Notes under the pieces: generated by a model
Database searches by the model: none
Seen by the model: the letters and a program-made list of their open reading frames with translations, nothing else
Told to the model about the DNA's origin: nothing
Part shown: positions 25,730 through 35,809 of the stretch, in pieces
Layout: every line of letters begins with the position of its first letter
How positions within the stretch are numbered: position 1 is the stretch's first letter
Origin: Minisyncoccota bacterium
GTDB taxonomy: Bacteria > Patescibacteriota > Minisyncoccia > Phycocordibacterales > Zambryskibacteraceae
Reading direction: 5' to 3'
Assembly: GCA_020059045.1 (NCBI GenBank)
Contig: JAGVCW010000021.1
Span: forward strand, 27,821 to 91,820
Length of the DNA: 64,000 nt
Program-made: the position numbers and the translations under genes

Positions 25730-26320
25730 ATGTTCTCCTTTATTTTCATAGGTCGCTCTGGTTGTGGTAAAGGTACTCAAGCCGATTTGCTACAAGCCTA
25801 TATTAAATCCAAGGATGAAAGTCCAATTCTCTACATTGAGACTGGCGCTAATTTCAGAGAATTCATTAAAGGTGCAAATTATACAAACACTCTTTCAAAG
25901 CAAGTTTACGAAAGTGACCATGTCCAGCCCGCCTTTCTCGCAGCTTATATGTGGAGTTTCGAAATGGTAGCAAAGTATACGGGTAAGGAGCACCTGATTT
26001 TTGACGGGACTCCGCGGTCTCTTGAGGAAGCTCAGATTTTAGCTGGTGCACTAGACTTTTATTCAATTGCAAGTACTGTGGTGATTCATCTCGAAGTTTC
26101 ACGTGCTTGGTCGGAGCGTCATCTCTTGAGTCGCGGAAGGTCAGATGATGCTAATATCTCACGCATAGATAAGAGGCTTGATTGGTTTGATGCCAATGTG
26201 ATTCCAGCTATAAATTATTTTAAAAGTAACAGCAAGTATCACTTTGTAGAAGTAAATGGCGAGCAAACTATAGCTGAGGTCCAAAATGAAATTATTGAGA
26301 AACTTAAACCCGTTTTATAA
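25730..26320 (+). CDS. adk: Adenylate kinase
   Basis: FIFIGRSGCGKGTQA P-loop sits a few residues after ATG 25730. The longer ORF from 25643 only translates the tandem repeat. Confidence 0.85.
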   Translation: MFSFIFIGRSGCGKGTQADLLQAYIKSKDESPILYIETGANFREFIKGANYTNTLSKQVYESDHVQPAFLAAYMWSFEMVAKYTGKEHLIFDGTPRSLEEAQILAGALDFYSIASTVVIHLEVSRAWSERHLLSRGRSDDANISRIDKRLDWFDANVIPAINYFKSNSKYHFVEVNGEQTIAEVQNEIIEKLKPVL

Positions 26321-26341
26321 CATCATATTTTATTTACGGTA

Positions 26342-27109
26342 ATGATTACGTACAAAAGTGCTAAAGAAATACAAATTTTAATCGAAGGTGGTAAGAGGCA
26401 CAGTGCAATTCTAAGAAAGCTTCGAGAAATGATTGTTCCCACCCTTTCCGCAAGAGTTCTAAATGATTTTGCTTTGAGTGAAATAAATAAGTATGGAGAT
26501 ACACCTGCATTTCTCGGTTACACTCCAGATGGTGCCAAGCGCCCATATCCTGCAGCACTCTGTGTATCACTAAACGATGAGATTGTGCACGGTATTCCAA
26601 ATGAGAAAGAAAAAATCTTGAAAGAAGGCGACATTGTAAGTATAGACTTAGGTCTTGTACACCAAGGACTAATTACCGACGGAGCTTTCACTTGTGGAGT
26701 GGGTAAAATATCAAAAGAGGATCAAAATCTTATTAAGATGACAGAAAAAGCTCTGTGGTTTGGGATCGAAGAGGCCAAAGCTGGTAATACAACTGGTGAT
26801 ATCGGTTTTGCAATCGAATCGGTTGCGCGAAGTGCGGGGCTAAATATTACTGAAGGTCTTGCGGGTCATGGAGTAGGTTACCATGTCCACGAGGATCCAT
26901 ACGTTCCAAATTATGGAGAAAAAGGAATGGGAGACATACTGAAGACAGGAATGGTAATAGCCATAGAGCCCATGCTTACAAGCGGCAGTGGAGCTATTAT
27001 ACTTGCGAAAGACGGTTATACATACAAAACAAAAGATGGCAGGAATTGCGCACATTTTGAACACACGGTGGTTATTACAGAAGGCGACCCGATTGTTGTA
27101 ACTGCATAA
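26342..27109 (+). CDS. map: Type I methionine aminopeptidase
   Basis: Pita-bread metal-ligand context (..DIVSIDLG.., ..GHGVGYHVHEDP.., ..IAIEPM.., ..HFEHTVVIT). Confidence 0.93.
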   Translation: MITYKSAKEIQILIEGGKRHSAILRKLREMIVPTLSARVLNDFALSEINKYGDTPAFLGYTPDGAKRPYPAALCVSLNDEIVHGIPNEKEKILKEGDIVSIDLGLVHQGLITDGAFTCGVGKISKEDQNLIKMTEKALWFGIEEAKAGNTTGDIGFAIESVARSAGLNITEGLAGHGVGYHVHEDPYVPNYGEKGMGDILKTGMVIAIEPMLTSGSGAIILAKDGYTYKTKDGRNCAHFEHTVVITEGDPIVVTA

Positions 27110-27127
27110 TTGTGTAATATTAACTTT

Positions 27128-27526
27128 ATGACAGAAGGATTATCACTAGAACACTTTGAAGAATCTCGACGACAAATAGACCCGCGTCCAACTATAGTTA
27201 ATGCCGAATTTGGAGACGAGTCTTCAGAGCCTGATTTCGAATCTCCATATGTTCCAGTGACTCTCCCAGAGGAAGATCTAAAGGTGGATGCAGCAACAAA
27301 GGAAAAGGAAGAGACGAGTTTCGAGCGAGAAATTCGTGAGAGACAAATTTCACAGCATGCAAATTATGAAATAGAAAGAAGTGGTTTCCAGGCAAGACTC
27401 GATGTACTTAGAGAAAGAGCAGATAATTACAAGAAAGCTGGGATGAGCCCCCACGAACTCGAAGAATCGAATCGAGAATTGAAAGACACAGAACATTTTG
27501 CAAAGTATATTACGCAAATGATCTAA
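27128..27526 (+). CDS. Acidic hypothetical protein
   Basis: ORF directly after map. I set the start to ATG 27128. Glu/Asp-rich with no motif. Confidence 0.4.
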   Translation: MTEGLSLEHFEESRRQIDPRPTIVNAEFGDESSEPDFESPYVPVTLPEEDLKVDAATKEKEETSFEREIRERQISQHANYEIERSGFQARLDVLRERADNYKKAGMSPHELEESNRELKDTEHFAKYITQMI

Positions 27527-27845
27527 AGGAGTATGTAAGAAAGGTAGGAAAATTTTCTTATGATATTTATTCCTCAAAATCATTTGAAGATTTGGTGGTT
27601 ACAATAGAGCTGTGGGGCGGTTTGCCTACAAGTGAGGCTAAGGGTGGCTTCATGCCGCAAGAAGTTTTTAAACAAAACCTGGAAAAAATAATTTTCCCAA
27701 ATCCAGAGGATAGGGAAAATCTTTTGAATTCAATTTTTGAGGATGGAGAAATTAAACGAAAGATAAGGGTACTTCTTAATAAACCTAAATAGTTTTGCAT
27801 TTGTCTCACATATTCTGTATTATCTGTGTCTAATATTTTTTTGTC

Positions 27846-28457
27846 ATGAATACACCTCAAAAAGAAAGAACATTTGTTTTTGTTAAGCATGATGGAATAC
27901 AGCGCTCTCTTGTGGGAGAAATAATAAAGAGAATAGAGAGAACTGGGCTCAAAATTGTTGCTATGAAGATGTTTGTGCCAGATCGCAAACGTGCGGAGAT
28001 TCATTATGGCAAAAACGACACTTGGTGCGCGGAGAAAGGTCAAATCCAGGTAGAAAATCTAAAAAAGATGGGGATTGAGCCGACTAAGCCTGCAATAGAA
28101 TACGGACGTGACAAAGTAGAAGCAATAATAAATTACATAACAGTTGGACCTGTGATAGCCATGGTGATAGAAGGGAATCAGGCTGTAGGAATAGTGAAAA
28201 AGATTGTTGGGGGAACGGAACCCCTTACATCTGATGTTGGGACCATTCGAGGCGACCTTACACTAGACTCTTATGCTGCAGCAGATAGTGGTGGGGCGGT
28301 TACTAGGGCAGTTAGAAACCTAATGCATTGCACAGGCAAACCAGAGGAAGCAGAAGGGGAGATTAACCTGTGGTTTAAAGAAGATGAGATAATCAATTAT
28401 CGTCTTGTTCAGGAAGCGATTCTTTACGACGTAAATCTAGACGGCATCCTCGAATAA
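27846..28457 (+). CDS. ndk: Nucleoside diphosphate kinase, long form
   Basis: ERTFVFVKHDGIQRSLVGEIIKRIERTGLKIVAMK core. 203 aa, with internal insertions relative to the usual 140-150 aa. Confidence 0.85.
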   Translation: MNTPQKERTFVFVKHDGIQRSLVGEIIKRIERTGLKIVAMKMFVPDRKRAEIHYGKNDTWCAEKGQIQVENLKKMGIEPTKPAIEYGRDKVEAIINYITVGPVIAMVIEGNQAVGIVKKIVGGTEPLTSDVGTIRGDLTLDSYAAADSGGAVTRAVRNLMHCTGKPEEAEGEINLWFKEDEIINYRLVQEAILYDVNLDGILE

Positions 28458-28482
28458 ATGTTAAACACTCGGTGTTGTACAT
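28458..28482. repeat. 25-nt palindrome-like boundary repeat, left copy
   Basis: ATGTTAAACACTCGGTGTTGTACAT. Its reverse complement matches 29190-29214 at 23 of 25 positions. Confidence 0.8.
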
Positions 28483-28540
28483 TAACCAACGGTCTACAAA
28501 AAAGCCTTATTTCAAGGCTTTTTTGGTAAGTAAAAACTTC

Positions 28541-28570
28541 TTGACTTTTCTACTCAGTCTATGGTATAAT
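28541..28570 (+). promoter_or_regulatory. Sigma70-type promoter with an extended -10
   Basis: TTGACT (28541-28546), 18-nt spacer, TGG-TATAAT (28562-28570). Confidence 0.6.
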
Positions 28571-28666
28571 ATTGGTATATCTAGCTCCATTTAGGGTCTG
28601 GGTATGTATTAAAGGAATTGGCACTTAGGCCTCTTCCTCAACCGTTCTTTCCAGTTTGGAGGTCGT

Positions 28667-29110
28667 ATGGAACCCTATTCCAGGCTCCAGTATGTCGTAC
28701 TCGTTCTCTGCAGTGTTATTACTCTCGGGACGATCCTCTTCATGCTCAATCGGCAGTACAAGATAAGAAAGGCGGGTGCATTTCAGGAGATCTTTGGTTT
28801 CAATCCCATGCAAACGTGGGTCGAGACTCCTATGACAAGGCACGAGCGTCAAGATAAAGTCAATCTTGCTCTAGAGCACCTGGCTATGATGCTCTCAGTG
28901 CAGACCCATCTCGCAGGACGTGAGTTTGGGCATCCTCCGACCGCAAAAGGCGTAAAGAAAATGTTCTGGCAGGCGCACAAGATTGCCCGCTCATGGGGAT
29001 ACCAAGTGAGAGGCAGTTGGACTGAGTATCTTGATGTGAATCCTCTGCAATGGTTAGTTCTCGGTCAATCGATCCATGCAGCGACAGTGGCAGCAGCAAA
29101 GAAACCATAA
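28667..29110 (+). CDS. Orphan protein with an N-terminal TM helix
   Basis: 147-codon ORF with its own promoter and terminator. The segment is flanked by the 25-nt inverted repeats. Confidence 0.55.
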   Translation: MEPYSRLQYVVLVLCSVITLGTILFMLNRQYKIRKAGAFQEIFGFNPMQTWVETPMTRHERQDKVNLALEHLAMMLSVQTHLAGREFGHPPTAKGVKKMFWQAHKIARSWGYQVRGSWTEYLDVNPLQWLVLGQSIHAATVAAAKKP

Positions 29111-29128
29111 CCCCATCAGGAGGAGTAA

Positions 29129-29151
29129 ACCCCACCTGTTGGGGTTTTTTT
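29129..29151 (+). terminator. Intrinsic terminator
   Basis: ACCCCA / TGGGGT stem followed by a T7 run. Confidence 0.7.
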
Positions 29152-29189
29152 ATTTTAGAGACGTACAACTTAAGCGATAAGACCATTAA

Positions 29190-29214
29190 ATGTTAAACAC
29201 CGAGTGTTTAACAT
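29190..29214. repeat. 25-nt perfect palindrome boundary repeat, right copy
   Basis: ATGTTAAACACCGAGTGTTTAACAT, with 11-bp arms. Confidence 0.8.
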
Positions 29215-29317
29215 ACTACATAAGCTGCATGGTCGGTAAAGCTTTTCATAATGAGGTTTTTGTTTCCTACTGTGCTCTTCACACTTTCCTTATATTGTGT
29301 GAGTAATATAATGTATG

Positions 29318-29494
29318 AGGGTTATTTGGCATATTATCTAGATTAAAGTAATTTTAAAGGGAGTCCTATATTTCCTCACTTTAATGAAGCCTTCGGGCAT
29401 CTGACAAGTGAGGTTGCGGACACCCACCTGGCAAATAGCTAGGGCAATATGTCCAAGTAACCCACACAAAGAACCCCGTATACGGGATTTTTTG
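29318..29494 (+). ncRNA. Candidate small RNA of about 175 nt, unclassified
   Basis: TATAAT at 29306-29311. 8-bp stem CCTCACTT/AAGTGAGG (29374-29413) encloses a GCC-UUCG-GGC hairpin. Terminator CCCG-TATA-CGGG plus T-run lies at 29475-29494. Confidence 0.3.
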
Positions 29495-29542
29495 TTTACA
29501 TGACTAAATTTTAAAACAAACAGGTTATAATATTCGTAATAA

Positions 29543-29932
29543 ATGAAGCGACCACTTGTAACTACTGTAGTCATACTAGTTCTTGTTCTAGTTTTTCATC
29601 TTAGTGCACTTTCCAACTTTTGGTACTGGAAATATTGGTGGTTTGATATTTTAATGCATATTGCTGGTGGCTATGTCATTTTGCTTCTAATAATTATAGG
29701 TTGGGAAAGGTATCTGCGTGCCCACAGTGGTAGTTTAAAAAGAGCAATCATTACAGCCCTGTTTGGTGTACTTCTCGTTGCTGTAGGTTGGGAAGTTTTT
29801 GAGTACAAAGCTGGTGTAACATTTTTGGATGACAATTATTACGTGGACACAGCCCTCGATATTTTTATGGGAGTTCTAGGAGCAATTCTTGGAGCAAGGC
29901 AGATGTTTACTTACTTTAAAAAAAATGAATAA
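29543..29932 (+). CDS. Small polytopic membrane protein, paralog of 46175..46693
   Basis: It shares G(W/N)E(V/I)FE(Y/F) and a DTxLD..G..G motif pair with the 46175 gene. Confidence 0.55.
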   Translation: MKRPLVTTVVILVLVLVFHLSALSNFWYWKYWWFDILMHIAGGYVILLLIIIGWERYLRAHSGSLKRAIITALFGVLLVAVGWEVFEYKAGVTFLDDNYYVDTALDIFMGVLGAILGARQMFTYFKKNE

Positions 29933-31307
29933 AGATTTTTCTGTTACATTTTATGGAGGAGTAGGTACAGTCACTGGGTCCAACTTTCTTTTCGCGGGTC
30001 CAGAGTTTAGAGCACTTGTGGATTGTGGAATGTTTCAAGGTGATGCCGGTGTGGGTGGAAGGAATAGTGATCCGTTTCCATATGATCCTGCGTCAATTGA
30101 TTTTCTTTTTGTTACCCATGCACACATTGATCATATAGGGAGAATTCCTCATTTAGTCAAAGCAGGATTCAATGGCAAAATTTATTCCACACCTGAAACG
30201 AAAAGTATCGCGGAGCTTATGCTTCTTGACGCACTTCACATTGAGGAGATGTCTTCAAGAGAGAAAGGTATTCTTGCATTGTATGACGAAGTGGATGTCA
30301 GAAAAAGTTTTACACTTTGGCAGACACTTCCATATCGTATGGATCATGAAATCACAAATATTCTATCTGTAAATTTAAAAGATGCGGGGCATATACTCGG
30401 ATCTGCGATGTACCTTTTCACATATACGCAAGAAACTGGGGGCAAGCAGACAATTCTTTTTACCGGAGACTTGGGCAACTCGCCATCTGTGCTTCTTCCC
30501 GACACTGAGTATGTAGATGAGGCGGATTATGTTGTTATGGATAGTGTGTATGGCGATAGGAATCACGAAGATAGGTATACAAGTCTAAACAAATTTAAAA
30601 CTGCACTTCTCGAGGCTATATCAAGACAGGGCGCAGTTCTAATACCTGCTTTTTCACTTGAGCGTACACAAACAATTCTATATGAATTGAATAACCTAAT
30701 TGAAAACAAGGAGATTCCATCAATCCCAGTATTTTTAGACTCGCCGCTTGCCATCAAGCTTACGACAATATATGAAAGAATTTCTTCTTTATACAACAGT
30801 GATGTGCAAAAGGACATAAAAGGGGGAGACAAGATTTTCGAGTTTCCTCGACTGAAAGAAACGGCAAGGGTAGAGGAGTCAAAGAGAATCACAAATACTC
30901 CAAACCCGAAAGTTATTATTGCAGGCTCAGGTATGTCTACGGCAGGTAGGATTCTCCATCATGAAGAGCACTACCTTCCAGATCCGAAGACAACACTCAT
31001 TCTTATGGGATATCAAGCTCCAGGTACAATAGGGCGCAATCTAGAGGAGGGCATTAAAAAGATCAATTTTAAAGAGAAAGAAGTCATAGTTAGAGCCAAA
31101 GTTGTTAAAATTGATGGTTTTTCTGGCCATAAAGACTCAGACAATTTAGTAGATTTTGTTGCTCATTTTGACACACAGAAACTTAAAAAAGTCTTTATTT
31201 TACTGGGTGAACCGAAATCATCACTTTTTCTTGCACAGAGGCTTCACGACTATTTGGGGGTTAAAACTGTAATTCCAGAGGGGGGAAAGACCTATTCATT
31301 AGACTAA
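29925..31307 (+). CDS. Metallo-beta-lactamase / beta-CASP family nuclease (RNase J / CPSF-like)
   Basis: THAHIDHIGR (HxHxDH) and a beta-CASP-like length and layout. I set the start to ATG 29925. Confidence 0.65.
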   Translation: MNKDFSVTFYGGVGTVTGSNFLFAGPEFRALVDCGMFQGDAGVGGRNSDPFPYDPASIDFLFVTHAHIDHIGRIPHLVKAGFNGKIYSTPETKSIAELMLLDALHIEEMSSREKGILALYDEVDVRKSFTLWQTLPYRMDHEITNILSVNLKDAGHILGSAMYLFTYTQETGGKQTILFTGDLGNSPSVLLPDTEYVDEADYVVMDSVYGDRNHEDRYTSLNKFKTALLEAISRQGAVLIPAFSLERTQTILYELNNLIENKEIPSIPVFLDSPLAIKLTTIYERISSLYNSDVQKDIKGGDKIFEFPRLKETARVEESKRITNTPNPKVIIAGSGMSTAGRILHHEEHYLPDPKTTLILMGYQAPGTIGRNLEEGIKKINFKEKEVIVRAKVVKIDGFSGHKDSDNLVDFVAHFDTQKLKKVFILLGEPKSSLFLAQRLHDYLGVKTVIPEGGKTYSLD

Positions 31308-31360
31308 TGACAAATTTTTTGGTGTATACTTATAGCAATTAATTATAAAGTGAAATTCAT

Positions 31361-34300
31361 ATGAAAAAGATTGTCATAGCAGTTATTTTGCTCGCAGTGT
31401 TGCTGTTGTCTGGTCCGATTTCGGCTCAAACCCTAGAAGCACAAACCATAAACGACATGTATGCGGTAGTGTTGTCGCTTCAAAACTTGATTCGTCAGTT
31501 AGTTGCGCTTGTTTCTCAGGGAGGAAATCTTGCGCAAGTTACGAACATAGTCACAGTAACTGGGTCAGTCTCTCCTGTACCAGTAACTCTTGGTGACCAG
31601 GCCAATCTTACATGGGACTCAACTAATACAACATCCTGTCTGCTTGATATAGGTACAGCAAACATAACAGGCCAGGCAGTGTCTGGCACATACACTGTGA
31701 CACCAACAAAGTCGATGGATTATATAGTCAAATGTACTGGATCGACTGGCTCAAAATTCGTAAAAGTCCCAGTAGTCGTGGTGGCAGCCTCAACTCCTTC
31801 CACCCCGTCCACTCCAGCAACTCCTTCCACCCCGTCCACACCATCTACTCCATCTACTCCATCTACACCATCTACACCATCTACACCATCAACACCAGCA
31901 ATTCCAAGTGGTCCAATAGTTTTACCAGATTTACCACAAACCTTTTCCGTGTCGGTTCCAGCTCAAACTGGAACAGTCATCTCAGTTCCGGCCGGGAACG
32001 CTGCAGCTTTTCAAGCGGCACTCAACAGTGCAGTCCTGGGTGATGTGATCGAGCTCCAAGCAGGCTCCACCTACACCGGAACATTTACGTTTCCCAATAA
32101 AACTTCTGGCAGCGGCTGGATTACAGTACGCTCCAGTGCCCACAACAGTCTCCCTCAAGGAATTCGAGTAGACCCCGGGGATGTTTCTAAAATGGCTAAA
32201 ATTATCACTAATGCCGTTGGATCAGGGGGGGCAGCATCAGGTTCTGCTATAATTTTTGCTAATAGTGCTCATCATTATTATCTACTAGGCTTAGAAGTGA
32301 CTGCGGCCACTGCAGCCAAGATTGCCACAGGTCCTACTATCCAGATGGACTTTACTACTCCTCTTTCTAATCAGCCCACGAACATTACACTCGATCGCAT
32401 GTATGTTCACGGTCATTCTAATTTAGACATGACCAGATGTATTCTAGCCAACGGTGCCTACATCGCTGTTATCAATAGTTATGTTTCTGAATGTCACTCT
32501 GGAGCGGATGCTCAAGCCATCGAAGTATGGACTGGATCTGGACCATTTAAATTTGTAAATAACCACCTGGAAGCGTCCGGCGAAAATATCATGTTCGGGG
32601 GTGCAGATCCCAAAGTGCAAGGACTCATTCCGTCGGACGCCGAAATTCGTGGAAATTATATTTATACTCCCATTGCCTGGGGGCCCTCGACTCCGTGGAC
32701 TAGAAAAAACTTATTTGAGACTAAAAATGCGCAAAGAGTACTTCTCGAAGGTAATATTCTAGATGGATCTTGGGCAGATGGGCAAGTGGGGTATGCTATT
32801 GTGCTCAAATCTTCAGATCAAGGAGGTGTTGGCACCGGGTGTACTTGGTGTGCATCAAAAGATATTACCGTAAGGTACAACATTATTCGCAATGCAGCCG
32901 GTACAGTGGATATAAGTGGAAAGCAAAACGCTATCGGTACTGCTCCGGCCCTTACCGAACGAATCCTAATTGAACACAACATTTTTGAAAATATTAATGT
33001 TGCCCCATACACCGGGGCTGCCCGACTGCTTAGTTTTAGCCTCGATGTGCGTGATCTTATATATAGGAATAACACTGTTAATACCACGGGCTATCTTCAG
33101 GGTATGATATTAGTGGGTGGAACTCCATCGAACTCTCTGAGTTTCCCGGGTGTCACAAACTTTGAATACAAGGACAATATCACTCCTTTTGGAGAATTCG
33201 GTATATTTGCCACTAACCTAATCGGGGAAGCCCTTTTTGCTGGCTCGCCAAACATTGCTGGTATCTCTAATTATTCGGGTAACGTGACTTACAACAATAC
33301 GTCAGCAAATAAGTACAATGCAACTACTCATCCCACGACTAAACTTTATTCAAGTTACAGCGCAGCAGTGGCCAGTGGTAAAGGCGCAAATACAGCGGCT
33401 GTGCTTGCGGCTACTAAGAATGCGCAAAACGGCGGAGGCGCTGGGACCCAGCCACCTCCTCCACCTCCTCCACCCCCGCCTAACACAACTGTTCCTACCC
33501 CTCCTTCTCCCGTTGCCATTACAACCTATGTTACACCTCCGGCAAACGGAGAGTCGACGCCTCCTTCTGCGGTAAAAAATTTACGTACTTGGGGAGTGTG
33601 CGACAACATGATCGGAGTTACTTGGGATCACGCTACAGATAATTACGGAGTGGCGGGTTATATTATTTCTCGAGACGGACAACCCTATACTATGACGGTG
33701 AGAAGTAGACCTCTCGGCACAACCGGAGGTGTTCCCAACAATACTGCCACCACCATAAGAAATTGGGTCACTGACTCCGGCCGGCAACCCAACACCTCGC
33801 ATTCTTACTCCGTGCAAGCGTTCGATACCTCCAACAACAAAGGCCCCGTGGCTACTTTCTCTGCCAAGACATCAACGGGCGGTTGTTTTGACCCGACCCC
33901 CCCAGTGCCGATGAATCTTAGACTTACAGGTTCGACATTAAATAGCGCGGGGTTAACTTGGGATCCCGTTACAGATTCCCGTTATAACGTAGTTCAATAT
34001 AGAATATATCTGGATTTTCCGCTCTTTACGCCTTTTCCTTTTCCCGCAGCACCTACATTTATGAATCCTGCTACTCCTCCTTTTGTCTATGGGAATCTTC
34101 CCTCAGCTCCTAGTCACAATTTCTTTGTTTCCTCTCGTAGCAACCTTGGTAAAGAGGGTGACTGGACTATGCCTCTTATTATGACTCCCGGTCAAACCAC
34201 GCCTGCTCCTACCGTGATGCTATCCGCTTCACCAAGCTCTGTGATTCCAGGTGGACAAACAATTCTCACCTGGTCTTCTACTAATGCAACAAGCTGTACC

Positions 34301-35746
34301 GCAAGCGGCGGGTGGTCTGGTTCGCAAGCTTTAGTCGGGACTCTTACAATCACACCCATAACAAGTTCACCATACACACTTTCATGTAGTGGAGCAGGTG
34401 GATCATCAATTAAATCAGTAACGGTTACTGTTGGTGGAATCATACCTCCACCACCAAACCCATTGTTTAGTATAGGAGATAGAGCAGAAACCACAGCTAA
34501 CCTAAATGTTCGATCTGGCCCAAGTGTCGATGCAACAGTTTTTGGTATCCAATCTCTTGGATCACTTGGCACCATTATTGAAGGACCAAGTATAGGTTCA
34601 ATTTACACTTGGTGGAATATTAACTTCGATGCGGGTGTAGATGGATGGAGTGCAGAAAGTTTCCTAAAGAAATCTACCATCTCGACACCACCTCCAGCTA
34701 GTCAACCCGTTGTTACTCTTTCTGTTTCACCTTCCACAATCACTTCTGGTTCGCCAGCAACTCTCACCTGGTCTTCTACTAATGCAACAAGCTGTACTGC
34801 AAGCAGTGGGTGGTCTGGTTCTAAGTCCACGTCTGGTGTGCATGGTATTGCTCCTGCTACAAACACTACGTATACACTCTCATGTAGTGGGGGAGGTGGA
34901 TCGTCAAGTAAATCTGTAACAGTCACAGTAATATCTACTACTCCAACTCCAACACCTAGTGATCCTACGCCTACTGACCCAACCCCGACTCCAACTCCAA
35001 CTCCTACACCTAATCCCGTTCCTACCCCAGGAGATGGCCAGGTATGTGCTCAAGTTGCAACATGGGCTAAAAGTCCATCAGGACAAATTAGGCAGTTCCC
35101 AAGTGCATGTATTCCAAGTGGTTGGGTCGTAATAGCATCTCCACTTATAGAAATTCCTAAAATTCCTACGACTCCAATTCCACCTGTTGGAGAGGTTCCT
35201 ACTATCCCAACAACTGAATCTCCAAGAACAGTTATTACTAAACAGCTTTACTTTGGAGTATCTGATCCCCAAGTTACAGCTCTTCAGATTTTCTTGAGGT
35301 CAAAAGGACTGTATTCAGATGACATTACTGGATTCTTCGGTACAAAAACTCTTCAATCTGTGCGTCTATACCAGACATCAAAGGGGATAGATGCGACAGG
35401 TGCTGTGGGCCCACAAACAAGAGCATCAATATCGGCTGAGACGACAGGTATCACTACGCCATCTACACCAACGACGCAAGCCCCAAGCGCACCTACGACC
35501 GGTTCGCTACCAAGAACACTGTATCGAGGTATATCAGGTAGTGATGTTTCATCTCTACAGACCATACTTATGAACCTGGGATATTACAATGACGAGATTA
35601 CAGGATACTTCGGTGTGAAAACGGAAGCGGCAGTTCAGGCATTCCAGAGAGCAAATGGAATAGTATCTTCAGGTAGTCCTGGTACTACTGGGTATGGGCT
35701 CGCAGGGCAACTAACAAGAGCAAAACTTATTGAACTAAGCCAATAA
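31361..35746 (+). CDS. Giant secreted cell-surface protein (1461 aa)
   Basis: Signal peptide, (S/A)TP repeat, parallel beta-helix-like repeats, a P10 run, and repeated LTWSSTNATSCTASGGWSG beta-domains. Also an SH3b-like NVRSGPS..WWNINF segment and two C-terminal peptidoglycan-binding-like repeats. Confidence 0.85.
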   Translation: MKKIVIAVILLAVLLLSGPISAQTLEAQTINDMYAVVLSLQNLIRQLVALVSQGGNLAQVTNIVTVTGSVSPVPVTLGDQANLTWDSTNTTSCLLDIGTANITGQAVSGTYTVTPTKSMDYIVKCTGSTGSKFVKVPVVVVAASTPSTPSTPATPSTPSTPSTPSTPSTPSTPSTPSTPAIPSGPIVLPDLPQTFSVSVPAQTGTVISVPAGNAAAFQAALNSAVLGDVIELQAGSTYTGTFTFPNKTSGSGWITVRSSAHNSLPQGIRVDPGDVSKMAKIITNAVGSGGAASGSAIIFANSAHHYYLLGLEVTAATAAKIATGPTIQMDFTTPLSNQPTNITLDRMYVHGHSNLDMTRCILANGAYIAVINSYVSECHSGADAQAIEVWTGSGPFKFVNNHLEASGENIMFGGADPKVQGLIPSDAEIRGNYIYTPIAWGPSTPWTRKNLFETKNAQRVLLEGNILDGSWADGQVGYAIVLKSSDQGGVGTGCTWCASKDITVRYNIIRNAAGTVDISGKQNAIGTAPALTERILIEHNIFENINVAPYTGAARLLSFSLDVRDLIYRNNTVNTTGYLQGMILVGGTPSNSLSFPGVTNFEYKDNITPFGEFGIFATNLIGEALFAGSPNIAGISNYSGNVTYNNTSANKYNATTHPTTKLYSSYSAAVASGKGANTAAVLAATKNAQNGGGAGTQPPPPPPPPPPNTTVPTPPSPVAITTYVTPPANGESTPPSAVKNLRTWGVCDNMIGVTWDHATDNYGVAGYIISRDGQPYTMTVRSRPLGTTGGVPNNTATTIRNWVTDSGRQPNTSHSYSVQAFDTSNNKGPVATFSAKTSTGGCFDPTPPVPMNLRLTGSTLNSAGLTWDPVTDSRYNVVQYRIYLDFPLFTPFPFPAAPTFMNPATPPFVYGNLPSAPSHNFFVSSRSNLGKEGDWTMPLIMTPGQTTPAPTVMLSASPSSVIPGGQTILTWSSTNATSCTASGGWSGSQALVGTLTITPITSSPYTLSCSGAGGSSIKSVTVTVGGIIPPPPNPLFSIGDRAETTANLNVRSGPSVDATVFGIQSLGSLGTIIEGPSIGSIYTWWNINFDAGVDGWSAESFLKKSTISTPPPASQPVVTLSVSPSTITSGSPATLTWSSTNATSCTASSGWSGSKSTSGVHGIAPATNTTYTLSCSGGGGSSSKSVTVTVISTTPTPTPSDPTPTDPTPTPTPTPTPNPVPTPGDGQVCAQVATWAKSPSGQIRQFPSACIPSGWVVIASPLIEIPKIPTTPIPPVGEVPTIPTTESPRTVITKQLYFGVSDPQVTALQIFLRSKGLYSDDITGFFGTKTLQSVRLYQTSKGIDATGAVGPQTRASISAETTGITTPSTPTTQAPSAPTTGSLPRTLYRGISGSDVSSLQTILMNLGYYNDEITGYFGVKTEAAVQAFQRANGIVSSGSPGTTGYGLAGQLTRAKLIELSQ
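31789..31900 (+). repeat. In-frame 9-bp tandem repeat encoding (S/A)TP units
   Basis: TCTACACCA-type units encode STPSTPATPSTPSTPSTPSTP... Confidence 0.85.
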
Positions 35747-35809
35747 GAAAAGATAACAAAAAATCTTGTCTACTTAGACAAGATTTTTTGTTATAAAGAT
35801 TTTAGAGAC

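Noticed and set aside
31732-32043. 103-aa alternative-frame ORF (..YSIYSIYTIYTIYT..) inside the giant surface gene.
   Set aside because: It is an out-of-frame reading of the 9-bp (S/A)TP tandem repeat. The 1461-aa frame is continuous and has a signal peptide.
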